64,000 bases of DNA from IMG/VR virus record IMGVR_UViG_3300043037_000115. One strand, 5' to 3'. The position numbers and the translations under genes were made by a program. The notes under the pieces were generated by a model. That model searched no databases and was not told the DNA's origin. It worked only from the letters and a program-made list of their open reading frames with translations. Source of the DNA: an uncultured virus (IMG/VR IMGVR_UViG_3300043037_000115) (lineage: Duplodnaviria; Heunggongvirae; Uroviricota; Caudoviricetes). Positions within the stretch are counted from its first letter, which is position 1. Each line of letters starts with the position of its first letter. Positions 56,057 to 64,000 of the stretch are shown piece by piece.

Positions 56057-57046
56057 TTACGCGAGGACGGTGGCCTTGACCGTGGCCTCGGGGGCGACAG
56101 CCGGCAGCGGCTTGGATTCGCCGACCAGCAGGATGCCGGAAGGGTTGTCCCGCTTGATGGGCTTGATGAACATGGGCATGGCGTGCAGGTTGGCGTCCAG
56201 ATCGTCCACGGGGCCGTAGAAGAAGGCCGTATTGCCGGTGGCAATCATGCGGACTTCCTTGTCGTCCAGCTTGGGCTTGGTGGTCTTGGTGGACGGGTCA
56301 TAGTAGGTTTCGGCCATCTTGCGGATGGTGTGACCACCAAGCGAGATGGAGCCGTCCTTTTCCACCAGAACGGGAATTTTGGGCTTGTCGGTGGCCTCAA
56401 TGAGCTTGAGCACCGTGGAAAAAGCCAGTCTCCCGGCAAACGTGATCTTGGAACCGCCATACCCGGCCTTGTCGAGGTCCGTGGCCATGTCTTCCAACAA
56501 TTCGTACACAATCATGAGACTCGCATCGGCATGGTCCCATTTCTCAGCAGCTGCCAAGGCATGATCGAGCGGAGCTCCGTAATCCACCTGATACGTGGTG
56601 AAAGAGCCGTTGGACTGCAGCAGAGGATAAGCAATCCGGCCATCGAAGGCGGCCTGGGCGCAGAGAACTTCCGACGTGAGGCGGGCCGCCCTTCGCAGAG
56701 CCAGCTGCTTGCGATTGGACCACTGCTCCAGCGTGGTGGGGCTGGCGATCTTGAGGTTGTTAAGATCCACGGCGCTCAGCTCGTCATGGATACGCACCGG
56801 CAGGGGTTCGATGTAGGAGGTCTCAGTATCTTCGCCACGCAAGGGAATGGACGCACTGCCACGGCGCACAACCGGCACGGCACCTACAACCTGCTTGATG
56901 TCGGAGACAGGAATGACGGGGGATTCATAGTTCGCCCGCACGTCCGCCGGGAACAGCAGGTCCATGACCGTAGTGGTCAGAGGCGGAGCGGCCTCGAACC
57001 GCCTGGCGATACGAGCTGCGGTAAAATACGGCTTCAGATCAAACAT
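56057..57046 (-). CDS. Major capsid protein (lambda gpE-like)
   Basis: Size, position after decoration/protease, ESKPLP C-terminus. Confidence 0.8.
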   Translation of the reverse strand: MFDLKPYFTAARIARRFEAAPPLTTTVMDLLFPADVRANYESPVIPVSDIKQVVGAVPVVRRGSASIPLRGEDTETSYIEPLPVRIHDELSAVDLNNLKIASPTTLEQWSNRKQLALRRAARLTSEVLCAQAAFDGRIAYPLLQSNGSFTTYQVDYGAPLDHALAAAEKWDHADASLMIVYELLEDMATDLDKAGYGGSKITFAGRLAFSTVLKLIEATDKPKIPVLVEKDGSISLGGHTIRKMAETYYDPSTKTTKPKLDDKEVRMIATGNTAFFYGPVDDLDANLHAMPMFIKPIKRDNPSGILLVGESKPLPAVAPEATVKATVLA

Positions 57047-57049
57047 GGG

Positions 57050-57406
57050 CTACACACTCTCCTCAGCGTAGATGTGGCGCTCTTCGAGTTTGACGAGGGT
57101 TGCGGCATCCGGTGCAGCGCCGCCGGACACGGTGAGCAGGTCGGCGCGGACGCGGCCCAGCACGCACAGGGAGATGCCGGGGTCGGTACCTGCCGCATTG
57201 CAGGTGGCCACGCCTTTGACAGTCTGCGCGGGGTCAGCCGCAGGGTCATAGATGACGGCTTTCCCCGCATCCAAAGCGACGACTGCGCCCATGGGGATGA
57301 CGGCAGCGGCCTGCTTGGGGTATTCGCGTTCAATGTGCGGACCGGTACCGGTCGTGACACTGACGACCGTGTGGCTGGTACGCATGACTGCATCATGTAC
57401 ACTCAT
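57050..57406 (-). CDS. Head decoration protein (gpD-like)
   Basis: Small beta-rich ORF before the capsid; IPMGAVVA..YDP. Confidence 0.65.
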   Translation of the reverse strand: MSVHDAVMRTSHTVVSVTTGTGPHIEREYPKQAAAVIPMGAVVALDAGKAVIYDPAADPAQTVKGVATCNAAGTDPGISLCVLGRVRADLLTVSGGAAPDAATLVKLEERHIYAEESV

Positions 57407-57417
57407 GGTTTATTCCC

Positions 57418-58311
57418 CTAGAACTTGGCGGCAAGGCCGCTGGTGTTGACGGTTTCTTCACCGCCGGGCTTCTGATCGGGCGAAGAAAATTCAAACAGCC
57501 CGTGGGCCTGACGCCCTTCAAGCCAGTTGAAGAAGTGATCTTCAACGGTTTTCTTTCCTTCGCCCTCGCTGAAGCAGATTTCATCGCCGGGCTTGCCGCC
57601 AAGGCGCTCTGCAAACGCGAGGATGCGGTCTTTTTCCGCGGGCAGCACTTTGCCATCCTTGATCAGGGCATCAACCTTGGCCGTGCGGGCCTCTTTGGCC
57701 TTTGCCGCCTGTGCCTCGGCGAAGCTCTTTTCTGCCGCTTCCCTGGCCTTGTTGGCATCGGCTGCGGACTTGTCGGCATCGGCCTTTTCCTTTTCCAGCC
57801 GGGCGTTGTCCGCCTTCAGTTTTTCAATGAGTTCCTTGTCGCCCATTGTGTTCTCCGTGCCGGTGATACCCGGCTGGTTTGGTGCCGGTTGCCCCGGCGT
57901 CTCCGAAAAGTCGAAGTGAATCTCAGTTGTGTCTTCTCCGGAGCCGAGGTTGATATCGCCCAAGCCTTTGATAGCTGGCGGGGTCGCTCCGAGCAGGCCG
58001 ACATGCCGGAGGGTTCCATCCGGGTAGAGACTCATGCTGACCTTTTTATAGTGGCCATTATCCACGGCTTTCTTCAGGCTGTCGGGAACCTGGGCAAACT
58101 GTGCCAATAAATATTCCCCTTCACGTTTGAGACGATTCACCCACCCGAAAGCCGGGCCGTTGTTCGCAGGATGGCCCAGCACCAGCGGGGCTTCGTGGTC
58201 CTTGGGGTTATAGGCGGCCACGACTTTGTCGAAGTCTGCCTCCGTCAGTTGCACCTGCTGGCCGGACATGGCGGTATGCAGGCCGGTGCGGCCTATCTTG
58301 GTCCATTTCAT
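57418..58311 (-). CDS. Prohead protease/scaffold
   Basis: EAPLVLGHP, AFGWV, YKKVS, LRHVGLLGA.PPAIKGL motifs. Confidence 0.88.
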   Translation of the reverse strand: MKWTKIGRTGLHTAMSGQQVQLTEADFDKVVAAYNPKDHEAPLVLGHPANNGPAFGWVNRLKREGEYLLAQFAQVPDSLKKAVDNGHYKKVSMSLYPDGTLRHVGLLGATPPAIKGLGDINLGSGEDTTEIHFDFSETPGQPAPNQPGITGTENTMGDKELIEKLKADNARLEKEKADADKSAADANKAREAAEKSFAEAQAAKAKEARTAKVDALIKDGKVLPAEKDRILAFAERLGGKPGDEICFSEGEGKKTVEDHFFNWLEGRQAHGLFEFSSPDQKPGGEETVNTSGLAAKF

Positions 58312-58466
58312 GGCGTTTCTCCTTGGGGGTTGGTTGACTCGCCGGAATGGCGGGCGTATTCTATAAGCAGATAGTTCATGCGGCGTACCCTGAACCTCGT
58401 CCGGGTGAGGGTAGAAGCAAGGGTGTCGCAGGCTCGGAAGCCCGGTTCTTCCGGGCCATTGTTTTT

Positions 58467-59747
58467 TTAGGGCTCGCGGTACAGCAGCGCTCCCTGCCGC
58501 TGGCGCTCCATGTATTTGAGCATGGCAGCTTCGTTGCCGAGCTTGGGGGTAAAGGTGGTGGCTCCCTGCCATTCACGGCCCCGCACCAGATTGAACACGG
58601 CAAAGCCCCCAATCCTGGCTTCCTCCTCATCCCGGAACAGCCTGATCAGCCGCAACACCGGCATAGGCTTTCCTGCCACCTCCGCTGGCACCTGCCAGAC
58701 CTCCCACGGTTCTTTGACAGTTCTGGCCAACAGCTTCAGATATTGCTCACGGCCACTCTTCAGCACTTTCCAACCGCCTGTTTTCTTGTCGATAAACAAT
58801 CCCTTGCCGATAACGACGGGGATACCGCCCGGAATCGTATGCACAGCGCTGGCATTGATATCGGCAAGGTTGAACTCTTTGAGGAAGGCAGCCACATACT
58901 CTTCCGCCTTCAGGCCCCCGGGCAGAATGTCCTTTGCCGTAACCGGCAGGATGTGGCGCTTGGCCAATGAGGCCAGTGGCGGCCTGCACGGGGCACCGGC
59001 TTGTGGATCGGCAAAGGATGTGCCGCCGGTGCGGCAAAGCGTGGGAAGAGGCAGGTCTTTGATCTTGGCGTCCAGTTCCGAAGGTGCGAGTCCATGTAAC
59101 CAGTCTTGCCCCACGTTTCCCGCAAAGCCGGCATCGGGCACCGGGCGACGGGCCGGAAGACGATTGCCTGTGCGCGGGTCCACCGGTTCAATGAGGTCCG
59201 GCATATCCTTCTGGATTTCCACACCGCTTTGCTTGGCCTGCCGCTCAGAAAGCGTTTGCACTGTGCAGCGGCAGGCGAAGCCGTTGGGTGGATAATAGGT
59301 GCTCCAGAATTCATGATCGTGGGGATAGACAAGCCCATGCAGCGCCAAATGATCCGGGCGGGTGCGTTTGTCGGCCACGGCCACATAGCGCCAGTAGGGA
59401 CGCAAAGCCGTGGTACGCTGCATCTGTGCATAACGCCCGGCCATGTAGGCGCTCTGTACGTTGGTGCGGTAGATGTTCTCCAGCCGCCAGCGCGGCAGCC
59501 TGGCTCCCTCCAGTACGGCGTCCATACGCCCCTTGAAGTCTTTGAGAGTTTCCCCGTTGGCCATGGCTTCATGGACAGCCTGTTGCACGGCGGCTATCTG
59601 GTCCTGCCGGGACAGCCCCGACACGGCGAAGGCACGTGCGCGGGCCTGCCCGGAAAGGTTCTTGAACACCTCCGGGGTGACGGACACCTTGTCCTGCCAA
59701 TAGGCAAGGGCCTCTTTGGGGGGCAGCGCTACAGGCTCAACGGTCAT
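58467..59747 (-). CDS. MuF head morphogenesis protein with C-terminal PBECR-like extension
   Basis: TRPDH..PPNGFACRC; C-terminal R..YL.LLA.T.KEP.EVW..WQGATTF..QRQG.LLY. Confidence 0.85.
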   Translation of the reverse strand: MTVEPVALPPKEALAYWQDKVSVTPEVFKNLSGQARARAFAVSGLSRQDQIAAVQQAVHEAMANGETLKDFKGRMDAVLEGARLPRWRLENIYRTNVQSAYMAGRYAQMQRTTALRPYWRYVAVADKRTRPDHLALHGLVYPHDHEFWSTYYPPNGFACRCTVQTLSERQAKQSGVEIQKDMPDLIEPVDPRTGNRLPARRPVPDAGFAGNVGQDWLHGLAPSELDAKIKDLPLPTLCRTGGTSFADPQAGAPCRPPLASLAKRHILPVTAKDILPGGLKAEEYVAAFLKEFNLADINASAVHTIPGGIPVVIGKGLFIDKKTGGWKVLKSGREQYLKLLARTVKEPWEVWQVPAEVAGKPMPVLRLIRLFRDEEEARIGGFAVFNLVRGREWQGATTFTPKLGNEAAMLKYMERQRQGALLYREP

Positions 59748-61308
59748 CGGGCTTGCTCTGCATGGCGTAACGGCCGAAGAGGTCCGCATTGGTCAACAGG
59801 TCGCCCATGAAAGCGGCTTGCTCATCCTCGTCCATGGACTTGCCGAGCAGCTCCGCCAGCATGAGCTGCAAGTCCTCCCACGATTCTGCGGCCTGCAGCA
59901 CAGTCTTGACCTCGGCCATGAATTTCTCATTTCGCTTGGCAGCTTCCGGCAGGCTCGTTTTCACGAAGGCATCTAAAACTTGTTGATACGGGTCCGAATT
60001 GCCTGCCGTATCGTGCTCGGCAAAGTCCGTGTCTCCGGCTGCAGTGGCGTTGGGTTCTTTGTGATTCGGCGCGTCTTCTGGTTCGCCATCCAGCTCGAAC
60101 TCATCTTCCGTGAGATCATAGGTCCTCACGAAATAGGTTTTCTTGAACCGCACACCGAGATTCTTCAGCTTGGTGTCCAATTCAGCCTGCGCGGCGTAGT
60201 CATCAGGTTCCACGTAACCGAAGAGAGGCGCAAATTCGCCCGCCGCGTTGACCTGCATATAGGCCCACGCGATATTGTTCATGGCGGTTTCCACCATGAG
60301 AGCGTCAGCATCAGAATAATCGCCAAGTAGTTGGTAATGGGTCTGCGTGGCCGCGTTGGAGTGCCCGTTCCCCACATCGCTGGTCAGGGTCTGCCCCTTG
60401 ATCACCTTGTTGATGGATTTGTCCCAGTGGGTGATGAATTCAAGGTGCTGGGAACCACCCTTGGCAGAAAACTCCACGGCCTCCACCTTGGCCCCGTTTG
60501 GCACGACGGCAACAGCGTCCTGCACCATGGCGGCAAGGTCGGCGGCCATGCGGTTGATCTCGGGCTGTGTGGCACTGGCGCGGGCGGTGCCGAGCAGCCA
60601 CGGCTGCCCGTATTTCTCCGTGAACCGGCACCAGAATTCGATGCCGCCACGCTTGAAGGCCACAGGCCAGAGGCAACGGGACAGGAGACGCAGCCCATAC
60701 GGGTTCTTGTAGGTGGGAAAATGGCGGGCCAGCACAAACTTATACGGGTGCACCGGCCGGGCCTGCGTAAAGAACTCACCCCGGAACATGAGCCGGTTGT
60801 CATCATCGAAGGCAAACCACTCCACCGGTTTTGGGTCAGCCGCGACCAGGCGAAGCCGTCCACCATCCGGGACAAACACAAGTTCTATGGGCGTCATGCC
60901 GAAGTACGGCGCATCGAGAATGCCACTGATCAGCACATCCATGTCCAATTGCTCAAAGTCCCGGACAATATCGTCGCACAGCCGTTCGGCCTGTGCAGTG
61001 GGCTCCTCCCCATTGGCGGCCCCCGGAGAAAAACGATACTCGCGGCGGTTCAAGGTCTTGAGCTTGCGGGACTGAATAGCCTGTGTGACCTCATCATCGG
61101 CCATAAGGTCTTCCAATACGTGGACGCTGTCCCCACGTTTACGGAGCACCGGATCAGGGTCCGGCAGCCAGCCCAATGCTGCACCAAGATCAAAACCGCC
61201 AAGGGCATTGCGGCGGGTGGCGAGTTGCTCTCCCAGTGCAGCGCGATCGGCGGCGCTGGAAAAATCAATCACGGACCCATCAGGTCCGTACAATACGGGT
61301 GTCTTCAT
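59737..61308 (-). CDS. Portal protein (DUF935-like)
   Basis: NPYG..LL, F.EKYG.P, GQTLTS motifs. Confidence 0.9.
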   Translation of the reverse strand: MKTPVLYGPDGSVIDFSSAADRAALGEQLATRRNALGGFDLGAALGWLPDPDPVLRKRGDSVHVLEDLMADDEVTQAIQSRKLKTLNRREYRFSPGAANGEEPTAQAERLCDDIVRDFEQLDMDVLISGILDAPYFGMTPIELVFVPDGGRLRLVAADPKPVEWFAFDDDNRLMFRGEFFTQARPVHPYKFVLARHFPTYKNPYGLRLLSRCLWPVAFKRGGIEFWCRFTEKYGQPWLLGTARASATQPEINRMAADLAAMVQDAVAVVPNGAKVEAVEFSAKGGSQHLEFITHWDKSINKVIKGQTLTSDVGNGHSNAATQTHYQLLGDYSDADALMVETAMNNIAWAYMQVNAAGEFAPLFGYVEPDDYAAQAELDTKLKNLGVRFKKTYFVRTYDLTEDEFELDGEPEDAPNHKEPNATAAGDTDFAEHDTAGNSDPYQQVLDAFVKTSLPEAAKRNEKFMAEVKTVLQAAESWEDLQLMLAELLGKSMDEDEQAAFMGDLLTNADLFGRYAMQSKPDDR

Positions 61309-61318
61309 GTAATCCTCG

Positions 61319-62791
61319 TTAGTATCCGTGCGTCATTCTGCGGGCCATTCCACCACCAGCGGTTGCACAGGCCCACTCCTCACCGGCTTCGATGCTGTTG
61401 CGGGCATACAGGGCCAAAGCCAGTGCCACAGCGCTGTCGCAGTGACGTTGCCCATCTTTGCCCTTGATGCTGGCCTCCGGCGGGCGTGCAATGCCCTTGA
61501 ACACCTTGATGCCGCGTAAATCGTCCAGCACTCCGGCATCCTTGGGTAGCAGTATGGTGCGGTCTTCCAGCCGGGCCTTGAGCGGGGGCATGTGCTCCCG
61601 GTACCAGCCCTGTGACAGCATCACCTCTTGGATCAGCTCCGGGCCGTACCGCTGCCGGGCGTATTCCGCGAGGGCCTGCCCGTTGCCGCGTGCGTCCAGC
61701 GCCCCACCGGAAAAGCGCGGCAGGCGGTCTACAAAGTAGGCCAGCATCTGTTCCTGTGTGCGGTACGGGGCGTTGCGGAGTTCCAGCAGGAACGGTGTAA
61801 CGAGGGAAAGGTTCTCCAGTTCGAGAAGCGGAACATCGACGGTCAGGTCACCGGAACGGCCGAAGTCTTCACCGAAAAAATGACGGCCCCCACCATATTC
61901 ACGGTGGAGCTTATCCAGCAGGGGACGGAGTTCGCCTTCGCACCAGTCCTGCACCTCGCGGTAGGCCCGGTCCAGTGGCCAGTCCACGAAGTTCGCCGTG
62001 GGAGGAGACCAACGCAGCACGGGGATCTCGGCACTCATGCAAGGTTCAATAAGGTTGCGGCTTAGCCAATTGCCGCTTGAGCGGCTGGGGACGCAGAAGA
62101 GTTCCTCGTCCGCGCCATCGCCATAATCGGCAATAAGCTTCTGCCGCCATCGAGTCTCCGCTTCCGCGCTCCACGTCAGGCCTTTGGCCGAGCAGATGGC
62201 TTTGTACAGCCCTTCGGCCAACGCATCATCAAGGTCGGTGCGGTGCAGAGAGTACTCCCGTTTTCCCGCCCTGATATCCTGAATATATTGGTTGAACTCG
62301 GAATCTTCGCCGTTGTGTGTGGAGATTACGGCCACGTCGCCGCCCCACATGGTGAGCGCGATGGCGGCCTTGAGCAGTTCGCCGAGGTCCTCTACGAACG
62401 CGGCTTCGTCTATCCGCACCCGGCCCTGCTTGGAGCGCAGGTTTGAAGGATTGGACGAAAGGCCTTGCACCACATGACCGGAAGCGAACCGGACCTGATA
62501 AATGGTGACGTCCTTGTCCTCATCCGCCAGCACGATTTCTTCCAGTTCTCCGGCAACAAGGTTGAACTTCTTGGCCCAGCTCGCCACATCGGCCACATAC
62601 TGCCTGGTCATGTCTTTGTTGTAGGAGAGGTAGTATGTGGACATGCCGCCATCATCCTTGACCTTGGAGGCAACAAGGGCGCTGTCCGCGGCATCGCCCC
62701 ACGAGGCGCCGATACGGCGGGATTTCTCCCAGAATTTGACCGGGGCGCGGTCGTTGATCCAACGCTTCTGGTACGGCAGCAGCTTGGCCAT
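61319..62791 (-). CDS. Terminase large subunit (Mu gp28-like)
   Basis: LLPYQKRW, EKSRRIGAS, IDEAAF, DFGRSGD, HCDSA motifs. Confidence 0.93.
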   Translation of the reverse strand: MAKLLPYQKRWINDRAPVKFWEKSRRIGASWGDAADSALVASKVKDDGGMSTYYLSYNKDMTRQYVADVASWAKKFNLVAGELEEIVLADEDKDVTIYQVRFASGHVVQGLSSNPSNLRSKQGRVRIDEAAFVEDLGELLKAAIALTMWGGDVAVISTHNGEDSEFNQYIQDIRAGKREYSLHRTDLDDALAEGLYKAICSAKGLTWSAEAETRWRQKLIADYGDGADEELFCVPSRSSGNWLSRNLIEPCMSAEIPVLRWSPPTANFVDWPLDRAYREVQDWCEGELRPLLDKLHREYGGGRHFFGEDFGRSGDLTVDVPLLELENLSLVTPFLLELRNAPYRTQEQMLAYFVDRLPRFSGGALDARGNGQALAEYARQRYGPELIQEVMLSQGWYREHMPPLKARLEDRTILLPKDAGVLDDLRGIKVFKGIARPPEASIKGKDGQRHCDSAVALALALYARNSIEAGEEWACATAGGGMARRMTHGY

Positions 62792-62803
62792 CAGATGATC
62801 TCC

Positions 62804-63400
62804 CTACAATATCTCGCGGATACGGGCTTCCAGATCAGCGGAGAGCCCCTTGGTCTTGGTGGTATCTTCCGCGGGCCTGGCTGCAGCTTCCATCTCTGTC
62901 ACCAGCTTCAGTGCCTTTTGCACGTCGGCTACGGCCTTGAAGTCAATATCCTCCGGCGAGGCAAGCAGCATGGCCAGCTTGGTTTCAATGGCTTCACGCA
63001 GGGCTTTGACGGCGTCTCCGGCGGTGCGGATGGGGCGTTTTTCACTTCGGGTGGCAGCTTCCAGAGCCTTGCCCGCGCGTTCCGCTTCGGCCTGTCGCAT
63101 GGCCAGAGATTCCAGCGAGGCCACGGCAAAGCCGGTTTGGGCATCTTTCGAATCGATCAACTTCTTCAGCATGACCGACCGGGCCATGATGGTGTCCGCA
63201 CGAAGTTCCGCCTCGGCCTGTGCGATACGGTCCCGCTTTTTGCGCCAGCCGTACTTCTCTGACCACCGCTTGAGCGTAGATTCGGCGACACCGACTTCCT
63301 TGGCGACCTCCCGGTAAGACAAGCGGGCCACGCAGTAGAGTTCCTGCGACTTCCAGACTGTTTCCGGCTGATGTTCACGCCCGCGTTGAATGGTGCCCAT
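62804..63400 (-). CDS. Putative small terminase (N-terminal HTH)
   Basis: SYREVAKEVGVAESTLKRW..W; directly before terL. Confidence 0.7.
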   Translation of the reverse strand: MGTIQRGREHQPETVWKSQELYCVARLSYREVAKEVGVAESTLKRWSEKYGWRKKRDRIAQAEAELRADTIMARSVMLKKLIDSKDAQTGFAVASLESLAMRQAEAERAGKALEAATRSEKRPIRTAGDAVKALREAIETKLAMLLASPEDIDFKAVADVQKALKLVTEMEAAARPAEDTTKTKGLSADLEARIREIL

Positions 63401-63404
63401 GGTA

Positions 63405-63701
63405 CTAGCCCCGGCTCAGGTTGGGACGCTTGACACCCGGCGCGGTGGCGCGGCACTTGGCCACGTCTTCGCCTCTGGCGGTAAGGGTGGCCACAAGGCA
63501 GGAATCTCCATCCAGCGTTACAAGGCCTTGTTCAGCAAGCCACGCCAGTTCCGTACGCATTTTGTCCCTGCTGGGGGCGAAACCGTATTCACCCACGGCA
63601 TCAGCAATGAGGCTTTCGTTAGAGCGCATGGCAGGCGATTCATCCAGCAAGCGCAAAATGGTGATGCGCAGATGTTCCGTTACATGTTCCGAATAACTCA
63701 C
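63405..63701 (-). CDS. Mu gp26-like wHTH protein
   Basis: RITILRLL, ELAWLAEQGLV, LTARGEDVA, PGVKRP motifs. Confidence 0.8.
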   Translation of the reverse strand: MSYSEHVTEHLRITILRLLDESPAMRSNESLIADAVGEYGFAPSRDKMRTELAWLAEQGLVTLDGDSCLVATLTARGEDVAKCRATAPGVKRPNLSRG

Positions 63702-64000
63702 TTGCTTCCTCCATTAAGCAGATAACTTTCCTGCCGCTCCAGAACGCGGTCCAGTTTGTCCACAACACGCTCCACACCACCAAGTTTTTCATTGGTGGCA
63801 CGGACATCACCGCGTAGCCCTTCGATGGCCAGCGCGAGATTATGCAGGGCCTTGCTGTCCGGCGCGCAATCCAGCTTTTCTTCATTGGCCTTCACGCGGC
63901 TTCGCAGCTCTATGACATCCTTACGCAGGGACCAGATTTCTTTGATCAGCCACATGGCCAGGGGGACGAATAGAATTTGAGCGAGACGTAGCAGGAAATT
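63698..64000 (-). CDS. Mu gp25-like (DUF2730-like) membrane/coiled-coil protein, probably 5'-truncated by the window
   Basis: Hydrophobic segment then coiled coil; position before gp26. Confidence 0.55.
   Translation of the reverse strand, partial: NFLLRLAQILFVPLAMWLIKEIWSLRKDVIELRSRVKANEEKLDCAPDSKALHNLALAIEGLRGDVRATNEKLGGVERVVDKLDRVLERQESYLLNGGSK

Larger units (their letters stand above)
40096..64000 (-). mobile_element. Prophage 2 (Mu-like myovirus), right part; continues beyond the window
   Basis: terS/terL/portal/MuF/capsid/tail/com genes on the - strand; end-like TGTAAG-N10-ATTTG at 40096. Confidence 0.88.

Noticed and set aside
1..64000. CRISPR array or rRNA
   Set aside because: No regularly spaced repeat-spacer series or rRNA-like sequence seen; the repeated 23-bp boxes are dispersed promoters

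Overview
The window is almost entirely mobile DNA. (1) 1-2982 is the end of a tRNA-Ala(GGC)-targeting integrative element, with a tyrosine integrase and an AT-rich gene. (2) A complete Mu-like transposable prophage (prophage 1) has ends at 27906 and 40060 and a 5-bp target duplication, GGGAA. Its whole head/tail region plus right end (about 2983-28053, 25 kb) is inverted. The breakpoints are the anticodon-loop core of the island att site and a pseudo-att at the stop codon of the gene before the small terminase. (3) A second, unrelated Mu-like myovirus prophage (prophage 2) starts 35 bp further on, at about 40096, and runs off the window. The two prophages share a near-identical 1.5-kb tail-fibre tip module. 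Where Mu has com-mom, prophage 2 carries com plus a small ORF, an ABC-ATPase/Mom-like GNAT fusion and a formyltransferase, a candidate DNA hypermodification system. Other features are several candidate structured RNAs (after both MuF-nuclease genes and upstream of com), four late promoters with palindrome-embedded -10 boxes, two programmed frameshift sites and several morons. Family assignments come from motif recognition and synteny only; no searches were run.
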